This document shows positions 50,762-60,491 of a stretch of 64,000 nt of DNA, piece after piece; the stretch's first letter is position 1; each line of letters begins with the position of its first letter. The notes under the pieces are model-generated. The model saw nothing but the letters and a program-made list of their open reading frames with translations. It was not told where the DNA came from and made no database searches. The translations under genes were made by a program, and so were the position numbers. The stretch lies in contig CAWANJ010000009.1 of the NCBI GenBank assembly GCA_963783385.1, forward strand, positions 800,001 through 864,000. The letters run 5' to 3'. The DNA comes from an uncultured Gemmatimonadales bacterium. Lineage in GTDB: Bacteria > Gemmatimonadota > Gemmatimonadetes > Palauibacterales > Palauibacteraceae.

Positions 50762-52786
50762 ATGTGGCCCACCGTACGCCGGCGGATCGCGCAATGGGGC
50801 GTCGTCCTGCTCCCGATCGTCATTCTGGCGGTCATTCTGATCAGCGTGGGCACGATCGGCTTCGTGGAGGTCTCCAGCCAGCCGTGGTTCTGCAAGAGCT
50901 GCCACATCATGAAGCCGTACTACCAGTCGTGGTCCACCTCTTCACACCGCGACGTAGCCTGCATCAAGTGCCACATCCCGCCCGGGGTGAAGTCCGAGGT
51001 CAGCCAGAAGATCCAGGCCGCCAACATGGTGGTGAAGTATTTCACCGGCGCCTACAGCACGCGGCCCTGGGCGGAGATCAGCGACGCTTCCTGTCTGCGC
51101 TCGGGCTGCCACGCCAGCCGGCTCATCGAGGGTGCGGTGGACTTCCACGGTGTCCGGTTCGATCACGCCCGGCATCTGGGGGAGATTCGGCGTGGCATGC
51201 AGCTCCACTGCACGAGCTGCCATTCCCAGATCGTCCAGGGAACGCACATCGCCGTGACGGAAGGCACCTGCTTCCTGTGTCACTTCAAGGACCGGCCGGC
51301 GGGCCAGCCACTGGGCGGCTGCACCGGGTGCCACCCCTCGCCGCCCAAGGTGACCTCTCCAGAGGGATTCGTGATCGATCACCCCCAGTTCGTGCGGGAC
51401 CGGATCGACTGTCTGTCCTGCCACAACGAGGTCACGCACGGAACCGGCGACGTCGACGAGGCGCGCTGCGTCAGCTGTCACAACGAGCCCGATCGTCTGG
51501 CCAAGCTCAACGAGCCTACGCTCCTGCACACCGTTCACGTCACGCAGCACAACATCGCCTGCATCCAGTGCCACACTACCATCGAGCACCGGATCGTGTC
51601 GCTGACGACGACCGTGGAGCTGGACTGCCGGAGCTGTCACAAGTCCGTGCACCTGGACCAGCAGAGGTTGTTCGCCGGCATCGGCGGGCACGGGGTGGAG
51701 CGTACGCCGAGCTCCATGTACAAGGCGCGCGTCTCGTGCGTGGCGTGTCACGACCAGGCCAAGAAGCTCCCGGCCCACGACACCGTGAACATGGCCAGCC
51801 AGTCCTCCTGCATGTCCTGCCACGGCATCCGGTACGCCAACGTGCTTCCCAGCTGGCAGAAGGGCATGAAGCGCAAGGTCGGCCTGGTGGCGCCCATCGT
51901 CGCCGCGGCCCGCGCGGCGGCCGCCGCAGTGCCGCTCGGCCGCCGCGGACCGGCGGACAGCCTCCTGAACATGGCCCAGGACAACCTGGAGTTCGTCCGC
52001 GAGGGCAAGGGCGCCCACAACATCGTCTACGCGGACAAGCTACTGCGGGCCGCCCTCGGCATGGTGCGCGAGGCCGTGAAGGAGGAGCACCTGCCCTACC
52101 GCGTGCCGGCGGTCGACCTGGGCCCGCCGTTGAGCGAGAACATATGCCTGCAGTGCCACCTGGGGATCGAGCAGCAGAAGGGCACGTTCCAGGGCGCGTC
52201 GTTCGACCACACGGCCCACGTGCTGCGCGCCGGGCTGCAGTGCAACGATTGCCACACGCCGTTCTCCAACCACGGCGGCATCACCCTCGCGTCGACCGCG
52301 AGCTGCAACGCTTGCCACCACCCGGTGGTGCAGCCCCGGAACTGCGCCACCTGCCACGAGGGACCGGGTGGGGCGCCGTCCAGGCCCATAACCCTGCCCC
52401 AGGGCATCTTCCCGCATCGGCCTCACGTCGCGGCGAACATCGCCTGCACGACCTGCCACACGGCACCGATGATGAACGCGCGGACCCTCCAGTGCGACAA
52501 CTGTCATGCACAGCACCACCAGCCGACGGTCACCTGCCTGAACTGCCATCGGGGCGGCGTCCTGGCCCTGCACGATCAGCAGAACCACGTGTTGTGTGCG
52601 CAGTGTCATACCTCGGTCCCGGCGTTGGCGCACTGGACGCGGCAGATATGCACGGTGTGCCACGCGGACAAGACCGATCACAACCCGGGACGAGCCTGCA
52701 GCGTGTGTCATAGAGTGCCGGCCATGGGAACGTCCCGCACCGCCGTGCCGGGCGCCGGCGCGGAGGAGCCACCTCAAGTCCACTAG
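50762..52786 (+). CDS. NapC/NirT-like membrane-anchored ~22-heme cytochrome c
   Basis: N-terminal TM helix; FCKSCHIM....SW..SSH..VACIKCH; 21 CxxCH plus CLRSGCH. Confidence 0.9.
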   Translation: MWPTVRRRIAQWGVVLLPIVILAVILISVGTIGFVEVSSQPWFCKSCHIMKPYYQSWSTSSHRDVACIKCHIPPGVKSEVSQKIQAANMVVKYFTGAYSTRPWAEISDASCLRSGCHASRLIEGAVDFHGVRFDHARHLGEIRRGMQLHCTSCHSQIVQGTHIAVTEGTCFLCHFKDRPAGQPLGGCTGCHPSPPKVTSPEGFVIDHPQFVRDRIDCLSCHNEVTHGTGDVDEARCVSCHNEPDRLAKLNEPTLLHTVHVTQHNIACIQCHTTIEHRIVSLTTTVELDCRSCHKSVHLDQQRLFAGIGGHGVERTPSSMYKARVSCVACHDQAKKLPAHDTVNMASQSSCMSCHGIRYANVLPSWQKGMKRKVGLVAPIVAAARAAAAAVPLGRRGPADSLLNMAQDNLEFVREGKGAHNIVYADKLLRAALGMVREAVKEEHLPYRVPAVDLGPPLSENICLQCHLGIEQQKGTFQGASFDHTAHVLRAGLQCNDCHTPFSNHGGITLASTASCNACHHPVVQPRNCATCHEGPGGAPSRPITLPQGIFPHRPHVAANIACTTCHTAPMMNARTLQCDNCHAQHHQPTVTCLNCHRGGVLALHDQQNHVLCAQCHTSVPALAHWTRQICTVCHADKTDHNPGRACSVCHRVPAMGTSRTAVPGAGAEEPPQVH

Positions 52787-52803
52787 CGCGGAGGGATGAT
52801 CAC

Positions 52804-54117
52804 ATGCGCTCCGTGGTCCGATTCGTCTGGATTCTGGGCGCGCTCGCGCCGGGGCTCGTCGGAGTCCGGACTGTCTCGGCGCAGGCGAGCAGGGCGACGT
52901 CCACGCAGGTCGTGGAGTGCACCAAGTGCCACGCCGACCACGACCTCCTCGCCGCCAACGCCACCGGCCAGCGACAGGACTCTGCCCTCTACGTAACCAC
53001 GGCGGTCCTGGACAGCTCCGTGCACCGGTCGTTGCAGTGCACGGACTGTCACCGGGGCTTCGAGGCCGGCTTCCCCCACCAGGTCAGCCAGGTGGTGGTG
53101 CCCTGCTCCACCTGCCACGAGAAGGAGGGCCGGAACTGGGAGGCCTCGATCCACGCCCGGAACGCCGAGACGGTGGGCGACGCGCCCACCTGCGTGGGGT
53201 GCCACGGAAGCCACCGGGTCCTCGCCACCACCGACCCGCGGTCACCGACGTATCCGCTGAACGTGGCCGGCCTGTGCAGCCGCTGCCACGCGGACCCGCG
53301 CATCATCGGCCGCTACTTCACGGGCCCCGGCTACCAGGAGGCCCGCATCGCCGCCACGGCCTTCCCCAAGAGCGTGCACGGGATCGCGCTCACCAGGGAC
53401 GGACTCGTGGTATCGGCCACCTGCTCGGACTGTCACCGTGCGCACCTCATCCTGCCGCCCGACTCGGCGCGCTCCTCGGTCAACCGGGCCAACATCCCGC
53501 AGACCTGCGGGAAGTGCCACGCCGGCGTCGTCAAGGTGTACGAGGCCTCCGCGCACGGGCCCGACTACCCGCCGCAGCCGGGGATCGCCGAGGGGCATTC
53601 GCGGCCCGTGTGCATCGACTGTCACTCGGCGCACGAGATCGTCCGCGCCGACCGGCCGGCATGGCAGCGCAGTACGGTCCAGAAGTGCGGCAGCTGCCAC
53701 GAGCACCTGTACGAGACCTACTTCGAGACCTACCACGGACAGGTGACGCACCTGGGATCCAACCTGGCCGCCAAGTGCAGCGACTGCCACACGGCGCATG
53801 ACATGCGCTCGCCCACGGACCCGAAGTCCACGGTGTTCGCGGCCAACCTGGTCCAGACCTGCGGCCAGTGCCACGCGGGCGCCAACGCCAACTTCGTCAA
53901 GTACTACGCGCACGGTGACCCGACGCAGCGGACGCGGTACCCGCTCCTGTACTGGCCGTGGCTGCTCATGACCGGGCTGCTGGTGAGCGTGATGGCCTTC
54001 TTCGTGATCCACAGCGTGCTGTGGCTGATCCGGAACGGCATCGAGCACCGGCGGGGCGGACGCGGCTCCGGCGGGCCGGCGGCGGGACCACCGACGAGCG
54101 GAGGGAGGGAGTCATGA
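52804..54117 (+). CDS. 11-heme cytochrome c with C-terminal TM helix (CbcL-like c domain)
   Basis: Signal peptide; 11 CxxCH; TM helix containing FFVIHS.LW. Confidence 0.9.
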   Translation: MRSVVRFVWILGALAPGLVGVRTVSAQASRATSTQVVECTKCHADHDLLAANATGQRQDSALYVTTAVLDSSVHRSLQCTDCHRGFEAGFPHQVSQVVVPCSTCHEKEGRNWEASIHARNAETVGDAPTCVGCHGSHRVLATTDPRSPTYPLNVAGLCSRCHADPRIIGRYFTGPGYQEARIAATAFPKSVHGIALTRDGLVVSATCSDCHRAHLILPPDSARSSVNRANIPQTCGKCHAGVVKVYEASAHGPDYPPQPGIAEGHSRPVCIDCHSAHEIVRADRPAWQRSTVQKCGSCHEHLYETYFETYHGQVTHLGSNLAAKCSDCHTAHDMRSPTDPKSTVFAANLVQTCGQCHAGANANFVKYYAHGDPTQRTRYPLLYWPWLLMTGLLVSVMAFFVIHSVLWLIRNGIEHRRGGRGSGGPAAGPPTSGGRES

Positions 54118-54965
54118 CGCGGCGTACGATGGACGCGGCCGGCCGGGGCCAGGGCCCGTACATCCGGCGCTTCACCGGCTTCCAGCGGACCCTCCACGTC
54201 ATGGTGATCGTGTCCTTCCTCGGCCTGGTCGCCACCGGGCTGCCGCTGCGCTTCGCGGCCGCGCCCTGGGCTCGCGGCGTCATGGACCTGTTCGGGGGCC
54301 CGGTGGCCGCGGGGCTCTTCCACCGGTTCTGCGCCATCATCACGTTCGGCTACTTCCTCGCGCACGTCATCCAGATCACCTACCGGCTGGTGAAGGTCGA
54401 GGGACCGAGGAAGCTGCTGTGGGGCCCGGACTCCATGGTACCGCAGCCCAAGGACATCCGGGACCTGATCCAGATGTTCAAGTGGTTCTTCGGCAAGGCC
54501 CCGCACCCCGAGTTCGAGCGCTTCAGCTACATGGAGAAGTTCGATTACTGGGCGGTGTTCTGGGGGGTGGCCATCATCGGCACGTCGGGGCTGTTCCTGT
54601 GGTTCCCGACCTTCTTCGCCCACATGATGCCCGGGTGGGTGTTCAACATCGCGACCATCGTGCACGGTGACGAGGCGCTGCTGGCCACGTCGTTCATCTT
54701 CACGATCCACTTCTTCAACGTGCACCTGCGGCCGGAGAAGTTCCCCATCGACACGGTGATCTTCACGGGCCGGGCCACCGCGGAGTACATGCAGGAGGAG
54801 CACGGCCTCGAGTACGAGCGTCTGCGGCGCGACGGCCGGGTCGAGGAGCGGTTGGTGCCGCCGGCCTCGCGCGCGGCCTACCTGTGGTCGGTGACGGTGG
54901 GCTTCATCGCCGTCGGGATCGGCACGGTGCTCATCGTCCTCGTCCTCTGGGCCCTCCTGGCATGA
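54114..54965 (+). CDS. FdnI/HydC-like diheme cytochrome b (CbcL-like b domain)
   Basis: RRFT..QR.LH, FHRFCA, FSYMEKFDYWAVFWG, VHGDEALLA, IHFFN; ATGA overlap. Confidence 0.9.
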   Translation: MTRRTMDAAGRGQGPYIRRFTGFQRTLHVMVIVSFLGLVATGLPLRFAAAPWARGVMDLFGGPVAAGLFHRFCAIITFGYFLAHVIQITYRLVKVEGPRKLLWGPDSMVPQPKDIRDLIQMFKWFFGKAPHPEFERFSYMEKFDYWAVFWGVAIIGTSGLFLWFPTFFAHMMPGWVFNIATIVHGDEALLATSFIFTIHFFNVHLRPEKFPIDTVIFTGRATAEYMQEEHGLEYERLRRDGRVEERLVPPASRAAYLWSVTVGFIAVGIGTVLIVLVLWALLA

Positions 54966-54969
54966 TGCG

Positions 54970-56740
54970 GTGCGACGCCCCGACGTAGTCCTCGTCCACC
55001 CGCCCAGCGTCTACGACTTCCGTCGCAGAGCCATCTTCTACGGGCCGATCAGCGACGTCATCCCGTCGTCGACCGTGTTCGAGATGTACCCGATCGGCTT
55101 CGCGACCCTGGCCGCCCACCTGCAGCCGGCACGGGTACCGCGTCCGCATCGTGAACCTCGCCCTGCGCATGATGCGCAGCCGCCGCTTCCGCCCCGAGCG
55201 CTTCCTGCGACGCTACCGGCCCAGGCTGTTCGGCATCGATCTCCACTGGCTCCCGCACGCGCACGGCTCGCTCGAGGTGGCGGCCCTCCTCAAGCGGCTC
55301 CACCCGGACATCCCGATCGTGTTCGGAGGCATCTCCTCGAGCTACTTCCACGAGGAGCTCGTCCGGTATCCGCAGGTCGACTTCGTCCTGCGCGGCAGCG
55401 TCACCGAGCCCTGCCTGTTGGAGCTGGTTCGCGAGCTGGAGGGGAGCCGACGATTCGAGCGCGTGCCCAACCTGACCTGGAAGGAGGATGGGGAGGTACG
55501 GATCAATCCGGCCTCGTTCGTTCCGCTCTCCTTCGACGAGTTCGACTACGACCTCGGTTACTTCGTCGGTCAGGTGATCGGGCACCTGGACTTCTGGACG
55601 AACATCCCCTTCCACGCCTGGTGGAGCCACCCGATCACCGCCGTGTTCACCGTGCGCGGCTGCGGCCGCAGCTGCGTCACCTGCGGCGCGTCGGAGGAGG
55701 CCTTCCGCGGCTTCATGCCCGGCATGCATCCACTCCTGAGGAGCCCCGAGGCAATCGCCCGGCAGGTCCAAGACCTGGCGAGACTCACGCGGGCGCCGGT
55801 GTTCCTGGTGGGAGACGTGAACGACGGCGGCCCCAAGTACGCGCGCGCCGCGGTCGACGCCCTCGGCGCCACGGGCGTCTCGAACCGGATCGTGTTCGAG
55901 TTCTTCCGTCCGCCTCCGCGAGCGTTCGTGGAGCGAGCCGACGCCCGCCTTCCTCACTGGGGCGCGGAGCTCTCGCCGGAGAGCCACCACGAAGAGGTTC
56001 GGGCCCGGCTGGGCAAGGCCTCGTACACGAACGCGGAGCTGGAGGCGGGAATCGAGGCCGTGCTCGCCAGCCGCTGTGAGGCCCTGGACCTGTTCTACAT
56101 GATCGGGCTCCCGGGACAAAGCTACGACCACGTGATGCGGACCGTCGACGCGATCGAGGCCCTCTTTCGGCGCACGGATCGCCGGCTGTCCGCGTTCATC
56201 ACCCCCATGGGCCCGTTCATCGACCCGGGCAGCGTGGGGTTCGAGCGGCCCGGCGAGCACGGCTACCGGCTGCGCGCCCACACGCTGGCCGAGCATCGGG
56301 CGCTCCTGGAGCAGGGGGACTGGGAGTCCATCCTGAATTACGAAACGGACGCCATGACGCGAGCCGAGATCGTGAGCGCCACCTACGACGCGGCCGAGCG
56401 CCTCAACGAGCTGAAGCTACGCTACGGACGGATCGAGCCCGCGCGGGCCGCGGCCGTGGCGCGACGCCTGACGCGGGCCCGGGCCCTCCGACGCCGCATC
56501 CGCGAGACGGACGGTCGCCTGGACCCGCAGGCCCATCGCGAACTGTTGGGGGAGATCCGGGCCTACTCGGAGTCCACCGTCAACGACAAGGCCGAGCTGT
56601 TCCCGCCCGGAGCCTTCCTTCGGAACTTCCGATTGGGAGGGATCCTGCGGCTCCTGGCCGGAGAGGTTCTACGGCGCTGGACCCGGCCGGCGCCGTCCAC
56701 CCTCCACGACGTTGCGGCGGAGACCACCACACCGCGCTGA
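54970..56740 (+). CDS. B12-binding domain/radical SAM protein (TIGR04190-like); one apparent frameshift (~55126)
   Basis: LVHPPSVYDFR...GPISDVIPSS.VFEMYPIG; DLHWLPHAHG; RGCGRSCVTCG; SPESH. Confidence 0.85.
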
Positions 56741-56776
56741 TCTCTCACGCCGGGGCCAATGTGGCCCCGGACAGCC

Positions 56777-57229
56777 TCAGGTCGAGTCGTGTCTCGGCGA
56801 GGCGCCCGTCGTGCCCTGGGGCATCCCGGCCGGCGGCATCATTCCGCCATGCGGCAGGTTGTGTGCGCCGGCGGCCTGCTGCATGGCACCCAAATGTGTC
56901 TTCGCGGAGTCGGCCGCCGCCTGATGACCCATCGCCGTCTCCGCCATGTACACCCCGAACCACGCGGCCGTGAACTCCGGAGCCATACCCGTCGCCGCGC
57001 GGTAGTGATGGCTCGCCGTCGGGTAGTCCTTGGCCCGGTAGGCCACGTTTCCGCTGTCCAGCTGGGCGGTCACGGCGGGAGAGACCTGCGCGCGGGACAT
57101 GCGCGCCGCGGTGTCCGCGGCGCTGGTCGACGCCGCGCCGCTTCCCTGCCCCCCGGACCCGCCCCCGCCGCAGCCGACCACGGTCAGGCCGAGCGCCAGG
57201 AAAACCGTCGATGCGTGGATGCTCTTCAT
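56777..57229 (-). CDS. TPR lipoprotein
   Basis: RBS GGAGAGG; lipobox VVGC; GN.AY..KDY..A..HY and AWFG.YMA TPR-like helices. Confidence 0.7.
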   Translation of the reverse strand: MKSIHASTVFLALGLTVVGCGGGGSGGQGSGAASTSAADTAARMSRAQVSPAVTAQLDSGNVAYRAKDYPTASHHYRAATGMAPEFTAAWFGVYMAETAMGHQAAADSAKTHLGAMQQAAGAHNLPHGGMMPPAGMPQGTTGASPRHDST

Positions 57230-57633
57230 TGCCCTCTCCCCGGATGTTCGATCCAGTCCGCTAGGAAGATGTTGGTCTCGCCCGGCAGGACGCCGCGCCG
57301 GTTGGACTCGAGCACCAGCCTGCGCCCGTCGCACGAGAACATGGGAAATCCGTCAAAATCCATATGTGTGGTCACTCGTTCCAGGCCGCTACCGTCCACT
57401 CCGATGAGGCACAGGTCGAAATCCCTCGAGATGGGATCCCGCGTGCTGGAAGCAAAGATGATCCTTCGTCCATCCGGATGAAAGTAGGGCGCGAAGTTCG
57501 CGGCCCCGTTGTGGGTGAGCCGGCGCACGTTCCCGCTGTCGACGCCCATCGTGTACATTTCGAGGTCGCCATCGCGCGTTGACGTGACCACGATCCGGGA
57601 GCCGTCCTGGGAGATAGTGGCCTCGGCATCGTA
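57226..57633 (-). pseudogene. C-terminal fragment of a TolB-like PD40 protein
   Basis: YDAEATISQDG..TSTRDGDLE, ANFAPYFHPDG, FDGFPMFS, ETNIFLADW; no start or signal peptide; degenerate substitutions. Confidence 0.65.
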
Positions 57634-57699
57634 GTCGCGGCGGCGACGGCCCACCGCCCGCCGGCCCGGCGTGGTTTCCTCGACCTGGAGTGTAGAGCC

Positions 57700-59031
57700 G
57701 TGTTCGATTCGGTGGTGGAGGGATCCCGACTTCGCGTGAGGCGTCGCGGCGCAACCGCGCCGCTGCTCCTGGCCCTGATCCTCGCCCCGCTCGCGGCCGC
57801 TTCGGGTCAGACGTCGTGCCCGGCGGCGGCCGGGCTCACCGGAGGAGCTCCCCAGCCCGAGGCCACCGTGCGCTACCTCGCGGACGACGCGCTCGAGGGA
57901 CGGCTGGCCGGCTCGCCGGGGGCTCGCTGCGCTGCCCTGTACGTGGCGGACCGGTTCCGCGCGGCGGGGCTCGAGCCCGGCGCCTCGGGAAGTTACCTCC
58001 AGGCCGTCCCTCTCGTCAGCGCCGTCGACCCGCACGCACCCGGCGGCACCGGGGTCAACGTGATCGGCGTCCTGCCCGGCTCCGATGCCGCGCTCGCGGG
58101 CCAGGCGGTCGTGATCGGCGCGCACTTCGACCACCTGGGCCGCGGACCCTTCGGCTCCCTGTCCCCGGAGCGGGCCGGAGAGATCCACAACGGGGCCGAC
58201 GACAACGCCTCGGGCGTCGCGGCGCTGGTCCTCGTGGCGCATCGCCTGGCCGCGGGCACCCGCCCCCGGCGAACCGTCGTGTTCGTCGCCTTCACCGGCG
58301 AGGAACTCGGGCTCCTCGGCTCGTCCTTCTACGTACGACACCCGGCCGTTCCGCTGGACTCGACCGTGGCCATGCTCAATATGGACATGGTCGGGCGCCT
58401 GGGCCACGACCAGCTCATCGTCTACGGCCTCGGCACCAGCCCGCAGTGGTCCGACCTGGTGGCGGACGCCGATCGGTCGGCAGGCCTGGAGCTGGCCTAC
58501 CAGCAGGCCGGCTTCGGCCCGAGCGACCACACCTCCTTCTACGGGAGGGGCGTCCCGGTCCTCCACTTCTTCACCAACCTCCACGCGGACTACCACCGTC
58601 CCTCGGACGACTGGCAGAAGATCGACTTCCCGGGCATCACTCGGGTCGCCGGGCTGGTGGCCGGGATCGCGGCGCGGGTCGCGGACCGACCGGAGCGCCT
58701 CGCGGTGATCGAGGGGGTCGGCGCCCGGCCGGAGGCGGGCGAGGGGGAGGGCTACGGCGCCTACCTGGGCACGGTGCCCGACTTCACGTTCACCGAGCGG
58801 GGGGTGCGCCTGGGCGGCGTCACGGGCGGCTCGCCCGCGGACCGGGCCGGGCTCCGATCCGGGGACGTCATGATCGGCTTCTCCGGTCGCGACATCGAGG
58901 ACCTGTACGGCCTCACGGCGGCGCTCCGGTCCCACGCCCCGGGCGACACGGTGGCCATCACCGTCCTGCGCGACGGCACGGAGGTCCGCGTCACGGCCGT
59001 GCTCGGCGACAGGTCTCGGGACCGGCACTAG
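57700..59031 (+). CDS. M28 family peptidase with C-terminal PDZ domain
   Basis: GAHFDHLG, GADDNASG, GEELGLLGS, SDH, YHRPSD; YLGTVPD..GSPADRAGL. Confidence 0.92.
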   Translation: MFDSVVEGSRLRVRRRGATAPLLLALILAPLAAASGQTSCPAAAGLTGGAPQPEATVRYLADDALEGRLAGSPGARCAALYVADRFRAAGLEPGASGSYLQAVPLVSAVDPHAPGGTGVNVIGVLPGSDAALAGQAVVIGAHFDHLGRGPFGSLSPERAGEIHNGADDNASGVAALVLVAHRLAAGTRPRRTVVFVAFTGEELGLLGSSFYVRHPAVPLDSTVAMLNMDMVGRLGHDQLIVYGLGTSPQWSDLVADADRSAGLELAYQQAGFGPSDHTSFYGRGVPVLHFFTNLHADYHRPSDDWQKIDFPGITRVAGLVAGIAARVADRPERLAVIEGVGARPEAGEGEGYGAYLGTVPDFTFTERGVRLGGVTGGSPADRAGLRSGDVMIGFSGRDIEDLYGLTAALRSHAPGDTVAITVLRDGTEVRVTAVLGDRSRDRH

Positions 59032-59222
59032 CGGACCGTGGCCGCAGCGCGACCGCCGCTTTCACACCGGCCGCACTCGGTTCGTCCTAGCCACGGATGA
59101 GGGACCCGTGGCCGGCTCGTCGGGACGGCAAGGGCACAGCGGAGGCCGGAGATGCGAGAGGGAATGATCGGAGTAGCGGCACTTCCCGTGGAGCGACCCG
59201 CCGGGGTCGCCGGCACCTGTCC

Positions 59223-59774
59223 GTGACGGAGAGCGGGGCGGCCAGGGCCCGGAAACCGTCCGTGGCGGCCTGGGTCGAGGAGCACGGCGGCGAGCTGCGC
59301 CGACACCTCGAGCGCATGCTCCCGGGACCGGACGCGGCGGACGACGTGCTCCAGACCGTGTGGATCACCGCGCATCGCAAGCCCCCCGAGGCACCGGACG
59401 GACCCGCCTTGCGCGCCTGGCTGTACCGGGTCGCCACCAACGCCGCCCTCGACCGGCTGGGCGCCGAGCGTCGCCGGCGGCGTGCTCTGGAAGGCCGCCC
59501 CCTGCTCCTGGCCCCCGAGCCACGACCGGCGCCGGACGCGGCCCTGAAGGGCCTGGGTGAGCGGGCGCGCCGGCGGGTGCGGGAGCACGTCGCGGCGCTG
59601 CCCCCCAAGCAGCGGCAGGCCGTGTGGATGCGGTGGGCCGAGGGCCGCAGCTACACCGACATCGCCGCCCGGCTCGGATGCTCCGAGGAGAGCGCCCGCG
59701 GCAACGTGTACCAGGGGATGAAGCGGCTCCGGTCGGAGCTGTTCGGGCTGTGGCACGAGGAGGCGGGAGCATGA
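59223..59774 (+). CDS. ECF RNA polymerase sigma factor
   Basis: ADDVLQ..W, RAWLYRVATN, LPPKQR....EGRSYTDIA..LG.SE; start uncertain. Confidence 0.88.
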   Translation: MTESGAARARKPSVAAWVEEHGGELRRHLERMLPGPDAADDVLQTVWITAHRKPPEAPDGPALRAWLYRVATNAALDRLGAERRRRRALEGRPLLLAPEPRPAPDAALKGLGERARRRVREHVAALPPKQRQAVWMRWAEGRSYTDIAARLGCSEESARGNVYQGMKRLRSELFGLWHEEAGA

Positions 59775-60475
59775 TCGGACAGCCCTGCTGGGTTTCGGAA
59801 GAGGGCCTGGTGGCCTTCGTGGCCGGGGAGCTCGAGCCCGAGGCCGAAGTGGCGGTGGCCCGCCACCTGGCCGAGTGCGCCGCCTGCCGCGAAGAGGCGG
59901 CGCAGTACCGGCTGCTGGGGGCGGCCATGGCGGAGGAGGCCGGCGCCGAGGCGGTTCGCTGGCACGCCTTCTCGAGCCCCTTCGGACGGATGTACGCGGC
60001 CGCCACGCCCGGCGGCCTGGTCCGGGTCTCCTGGCAGCGGCCCGGCGACGACGCCTTCGAGGCCGAGCTGCACGACCTGCTGCCGGGCCGGCCGGTCCTG
60101 CACGATCCGAGCGATCACCTCCTGCTCGAGGCGGAGCGCCAGCTGGGCGAGTACTTCGCCGGCGAGCGGGAAGCCTTCGACCTTCCCGTGGACCTCGAGG
60201 CCCTCCCGACCTTCTCGCGGCGGGTGCTCGAGGCGCTGCAGGAGGTGGAGTTCGGCCAGGTGGTGGCCTACTCGGACCTGGCCCGCCGGATCGGACGGCC
60301 GCGGGCCTCGCGGGCCGTCGGCAACGCCCTGGGCCGGAACCCGGTGGCCATCGTCGTGCCCTGTCACCGCGTCGTGCGCCAGGATGGCTCGCTGGGCGGC
60401 TACGGCGGCGGCGTCGAGTACAAGGAGCGCCTGCTGGCGGTCGAGGGTCGACAGGACCTTCTCCGGGCGGGCTGA
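59771..60475 (+). CDS. Zinc-finger anti-sigma (zf-HC2) domain fused to O6-methylguanine-DNA methyltransferase
   Basis: HLAECAAC followed by SPFG, RAVGNALGRNP and PCHRV; ATGA overlap with the sigma gene. Confidence 0.88.
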   Translation: MIGQPCWVSEEGLVAFVAGELEPEAEVAVARHLAECAACREEAAQYRLLGAAMAEEAGAEAVRWHAFSSPFGRMYAAATPGGLVRVSWQRPGDDAFEAELHDLLPGRPVLHDPSDHLLLEAERQLGEYFAGEREAFDLPVDLEALPTFSRRVLEALQEVEFGQVVAYSDLARRIGRPRASRAVGNALGRNPVAIVVPCHRVVRQDGSLGGYGGGVEYKERLLAVEGRQDLLRAG

Positions 60476-60491
60476 CCCGAGCGGTGGCGGC

